Positions 10,855 to 13,399 of a stretch of DNA of 13,399 nucleotides are shown here, piece after piece. This stretch comes from Candidatus Zixiibacteriota bacterium (GTDB lineage: Bacteria; Zixibacteria; MSB-5A5; WJJR01). The translations under genes were made by a program, and so were the position numbers. How positions within the stretch are numbered: position 1 is the first letter of the stretch; the number at the start of each line of letters is the position of its first letter. The notes beneath the pieces are model-generated. The model did no database searches. It was not told where the DNA came from and saw only the letters and a list, made by a program, of their open reading frames with translations. The stretch is taken from assembly GCA_036170655.1 (NCBI GenBank), contig JAVHPP010000077.1, positions 1 to 13,399 of the forward strand, given 5' to 3'.

Positions 10855-11637
10855 TCAGCGTTCCGAGGTCGGAGTGGGTCCCCAGCGGCGCGTCTTGCTG
10901 ATGGGGATGGAATAACGCGTGTGCTTGGCGTCCGATGCCTCGAGCGTGATGGTTTTGTTGAACAGATCGTCGGCCATCTTCTGGTCGAACTTGATGGTGA
11001 AGCTTTTTTCGCTGCCCGGGGCGATCTTCTTGTTCTCCGGGAAGTCGATGCGGACATACTTGTCCGGATGGGAAACCACGGTGAAGCTCAGGTCGGACGG
11101 AGAGACGTTCTTCACTTTGAGTTCGTATTCCCATGGTTTCTTTTGATCTTGCGGACGATCCTTATCCAAATCCACCATCAGTGGATGGACCTGGAAGAGG
11201 TCGACCGAATCTGGGTTCGGCATCACATCCGCGATAATCGTGAGACGCGGAATGTTTCCCGTGGCATTGCACAAGATCTGGGCGCTCTTGGTCACCCGCG
11301 ACGAGTAATGCCCGGTCGAGAAAATCAGTTCTACCTTTGTGCTGTCACCGACAGCCAGCTCCTTTTTGTCGAGCGGAGCTTTTGTGCATCCTCACCCAGG
11401 TTTGACGTCGGTGATACGCAGTGTATCCTCTCCGACGTTTTTGATCCAGAACGCATGGGCGATGCTTGCTCCCTGTGGCACGCGGCCAAAGTCAAATGAC
11501 TCAGCCGAGACCGTGATCTTGGGAAGCTTGCCGCCGACGACAGGAGCGGCCGCGTTGTCTTGCGCACCCGCAGAGGCGGCCCAGAACGCTGTGGTTCCGA
11601 GGGTGACCAGCAAGGTGATGGTGGACTTGAGTCTCAT
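10855..11637 (-). CDS. Exported DUF1573-like protein with in-frame TGA at the CGC-motif Cys; putative selenoprotein (UGC motif), 260 aa
   Basis: ORFs 11637..11392 and 11295..10855 share a frame. Reading through TGA 11394-11392 gives ...TDVKPG-U-GCTKAPLDKKELAVGDSTKVELIFSTGHYSSRVTKSAQ..., collinear with the neighbouring paralog. RBS AAAGGA precedes ATG 11637 and a signal peptide ends AGA|Q. Confidence 0.82.
11341..11380 (-). other. Candidate bacterial SECIS element
   Basis: After the UGA come 11 nt, then stem AGCUCC / GGAGCU with a 12-nt loop starting with G (11380-11357). A second hairpin GCUGUC-GGU-GACAGC follows (11355-11341). Confidence 0.5.
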
Positions 11638-11676
11638 TCGTTGTCCTTTCGATAACGTTTACCAGACTGACAGACA

Positions 11677-11705
11677 AATATATGTATCGGCGTTCATTTC
11701 ATCAA
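11677..11705 (-). promoter_or_regulatory. Putative sigma70-type promoter of the TGA-containing gene
   Basis: Minus strand TTGATG (11705-11700), N17, TATATT (11682-11677), about 40 nt upstream of ATG 11637. Confidence 0.6.
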
Positions 11706-11757
11706 GGGTGACTTTTCTCATCTTGGCGCTTCCAGTCGGCAGATCGTCACTGACCCA

Positions 11758-12555
11758 TTACCGCGCTGACTTCGAGTGACCCGTGGTATCGGGCCTTTCG
11801 GGGTGACTTCCCATGAAGATGGGCAGTGTGAGACGAGTCGTATCGGCCCCTTCCACCTGAAAGGTCAGAGAGGTAGCCAGAGATGGCGAGATGGCCTTGG
11901 GATCGAAGCGCAGAATAAAGGAACGCTCCTCTCCGGGGACCAGACGCGATGCAACATTCTCCACCGTGACGACACGGTCGGGGCGGTCGACGAGCGCAAC
12001 CTGCAGTGATGCGTTTGAAACGTTTTTCATCCCGATTTTGAGTTCGCGCGCCTCACCGGAGGTTTGAAATGAGACAGTTTCAATGTCGATGCGGCGCGGT
12101 GTGAGACGGAGCGATCCGGTGGGTTCGGAATCGGTCACGATTTGCGCGGTGAATGTCAACGCGGGCACTCGCCCGCCTGCGTTCGACTCAATCTGCGTGA
12201 ACTTCTTGAGCGCTCCGTGAAAGACGCTCGATCCGAATATGATCTGAACTCGGGCGCTGTCGCCCGGCGCCACTTTGCTTTTCTCTAAGGGTGCCTCGGT
12301 GCACCCGCAGTTGGGAACGAGCTTGGTGATTTCCAACAGTTTGCCCCCCGGGTTCTTCAGCCAGAACACATGCGAGACAAATGATCGTTGAGGCATAAAT
12401 CCGAAATCGAACACCTCATCTGTAACTTTCACGCGCGCTTCGCTGGTCGAGGTCTGAGCGCGGGCACATCCTGCCAGATGTCCGACCACGACAGACCAGA
12501 TAGCGGCAGCGCTCAGCAGTCGACGTATCGAGAGAATGGGAATGCGACGGGCCAT
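11758..12555 (-). CDS. Exported DUF1573-like protein, CGC motif, divergent third copy
   Basis: FDFG...HVFWLKNPGGKLLEITKLVPNCGCTEAPLEKSKVAPGDS; same two-domain layout as its neighbours (...SLTFQVEGADTTRLTLPI). Start is uncertain: ATG 12555 preferred, 12579 possible. Confidence 0.82.
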   Translation of the reverse strand: MARRIPILSIRRLLSAAAIWSVVVGHLAGCARAQTSTSEARVKVTDEVFDFGFMPQRSFVSHVFWLKNPGGKLLEITKLVPNCGCTEAPLEKSKVAPGDSARVQIIFGSSVFHGALKKFTQIESNAGGRVPALTFTAQIVTDSEPTGSLRLTPRRIDIETVSFQTSGEARELKIGMKNVSNASLQVALVDRPDRVVTVENVASRLVPGEERSFILRFDPKAISPSLATSLTFQVEGADTTRLTLPIFMGSHPERPDTTGHSKSAR

Positions 12556-12562
12556 ACAATGT

Positions 12563-12592
12563 AATTTATTGTACAACATGTGATTACGTCAA
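12563..12592 (-). promoter_or_regulatory. Putative promoter of the first gene of the DUF1573-like cluster
   Basis: Minus strand TTGACG (12592-12587), N18, TAAATT (12568-12563) in an AT-rich patch, 7 nt before ATG 12555. Confidence 0.45.
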
Positions 12593-12713
12593 GCGGTCTG
12601 GGATTCTGGATCTCATGCGTGGTCCCCGCTCATCTGACTTATACAATTTGAATGGATTTGCGACCTATTTCAGCCAGAAAGTGATCCGCACGGACAATCT
12701 TTTTGATTGCGTC

Positions 12714-12770
12714 TGAAACAAATGTTCAGTATTACCCATTGGCAGGTTCATGATGTGAAACCTGTATTCA
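12714..12770. promoter_or_regulatory. Two palindromic TGAAAC-N5-TTCA sites, candidate LexA operators
   Basis: TGAAACAAATGTTCA (12714-12728) and TGAAACCTGTATTCA (12756-12770), 42 bp apart, upstream of lexA. Confidence 0.55.
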
Positions 12771-12821
12771 ACACCTCCGGACAGGTATTCCCCGGAGTGA
12801 CAGTGCCGAGGGAGATCAGAG

Positions 12822-13399
12822 ATGTCCGACATCCGACAGCCACTCACGGAACGGCAGCAGGCGATCTATGAGTTTCTCCGCGACTCCATCCAAAGCGACG
12901 GTCGTCCCCCGACCATGCGTGAGATCGGCGAGCGGTTCTTGATGCGTTCGACGAACGGTGTGCGCGAGACCCTGGAAGCGATCGAGAGGAAGGGATATAT
13001 CAAGCGCGCGCCATACTTGTCGCGAGGCATTGAACTGGTCGACTCGGTTCCCACGGCGGCCATTCCCATCCCCATTGTCGGCCGGGTTGCCGCGGGGCTG
13101 CCCCTTCTCGCCGTGGAGAACATCGACGGACATGTTGCGGTTGACCGGTCGTTTCTTCCCACCGGCGAGGTCTTCTCTCTGCGCGTGACGGGTGAGAGCA
13201 TGAAGGACGAGGGAATCAAAGACGGCGATCTCGTGCTGGTGAGAAAGCAAGATTCTGCCCAGCGCGGGGACATTGTCGTTGCCGTCATTGGTGAAGAGGC
13301 GACCGTCAAGAAGTTCTACCCCGAACGGAACCGGGTTCGTCTCGAACCGGCCAATCCCAGTTTCGGGCCGATTATTGTTGATCGCCGGGCCCCGGGCTT
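12822..13399 (+). CDS. lexA: SOS transcriptional repressor LexA, truncated at the 3' window edge
   Basis: Manual translation from ATG 12822 (RBS GAGGGAG upstream): MSDIRQPLTERQQAIYEFLRDSIQSDGRPPTMREIG...STNGV...ERKGYIKR...SRGIEL...IPIVGRVAAGLP (Ala-Gly cleavage site)...LRVTGESM (catalytic Ser)...EATVKK (catalytic Lys)...LEPANP. Absent from the ORF track because no stop lies within the window. Confidence 0.96.
   Translation, partial: MSDIRQPLTERQQAIYEFLRDSIQSDGRPPTMREIGERFLMRSTNGVRETLEAIERKGYIKRAPYLSRGIELVDSVPTAAIPIPIVGRVAAGLPLLAVENIDGHVAVDRSFLPTGEVFSLRVTGESMKDEGIKDGDLVLVRKQDSAQRGDIVVAVIGEEATVKKFYPERNRVRLEPANPSFGPIIVDRRAPG

Noticed and set aside
9813..11146. Pairs of similar small ORFs (9923-10150 / 10919-11146; 9813-10061 / 10773-11057)
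   Set aside because: Their similarity simply reflects the underlying gene duplication.
11392..11394. Genome-wide TGA reassignment to Trp or Gly (code 4/25)
   Set aside because: TGA is the normal stop for many genes here (1472, 2221, 4738, 8390, 9691, 9859, 10855), and the internal TGA aligns with Cys, not Trp or Gly.
10855..11637. Pseudogene or two separate small genes (81 aa and 146 aa)
   Set aside because: The single lesion is a TGA precisely at a motif Cys, the frame is otherwise intact and conserved, and expression signals are retained. A recent TGC>TGA nonsense mutation is one base change and cannot be fully excluded, but it is less parsimonious.
12743..12797. Inverted repeats CAGGTT/AACCTG (12743-12764) and CTCCGG/CCGGAG (12775-12797) in the lexA leader
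   Set aside because: Short, single-copy 6-bp stems with no support for an ncRNA or riboswitch; the repeated TGAA-N7-TTCA dyad explains the region better.
12556..12821. LexA control of the divergent DUF1573-like cluster
   Set aside because: The candidate LexA sites are more than 120 bp from that cluster's predicted promoter, so adjacency alone is not evidence.

Overview
Bacterial chromosomal window, GC-rich, with no mobile elements or RNA genes seen. The + strand carries an envelope/transport block: a MacA-like adaptor, a MacB/LolD-type ATPase, two MacB/FtsX-type permeases, two tandem secreted GWxTD-domain proteins and a NatAB-like ABC exporter. Converging on it from the - strand are three exported DUF1573-like proteins with a CGC motif. 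lexA is transcribed divergently from them, is truncated at the right edge and is missing from the ORF track. The main finding is the middle DUF1573-like gene (11637..10855). The ORF track splits it in two, but it reads as one frame whose only internal stop is a TGA at exactly the first Cys of the CGC motif (KPG-U-GCT). It has a SECIS-like hairpin 11 nt downstream and a closely related Cys-encoding paralog next door. This looks like an exported UGC-motif selenoprotein paired with a Cys copy. Two TGAAAC-N5-TTCA palindromes upstream of lexA are a candidate lineage-specific SOS box.
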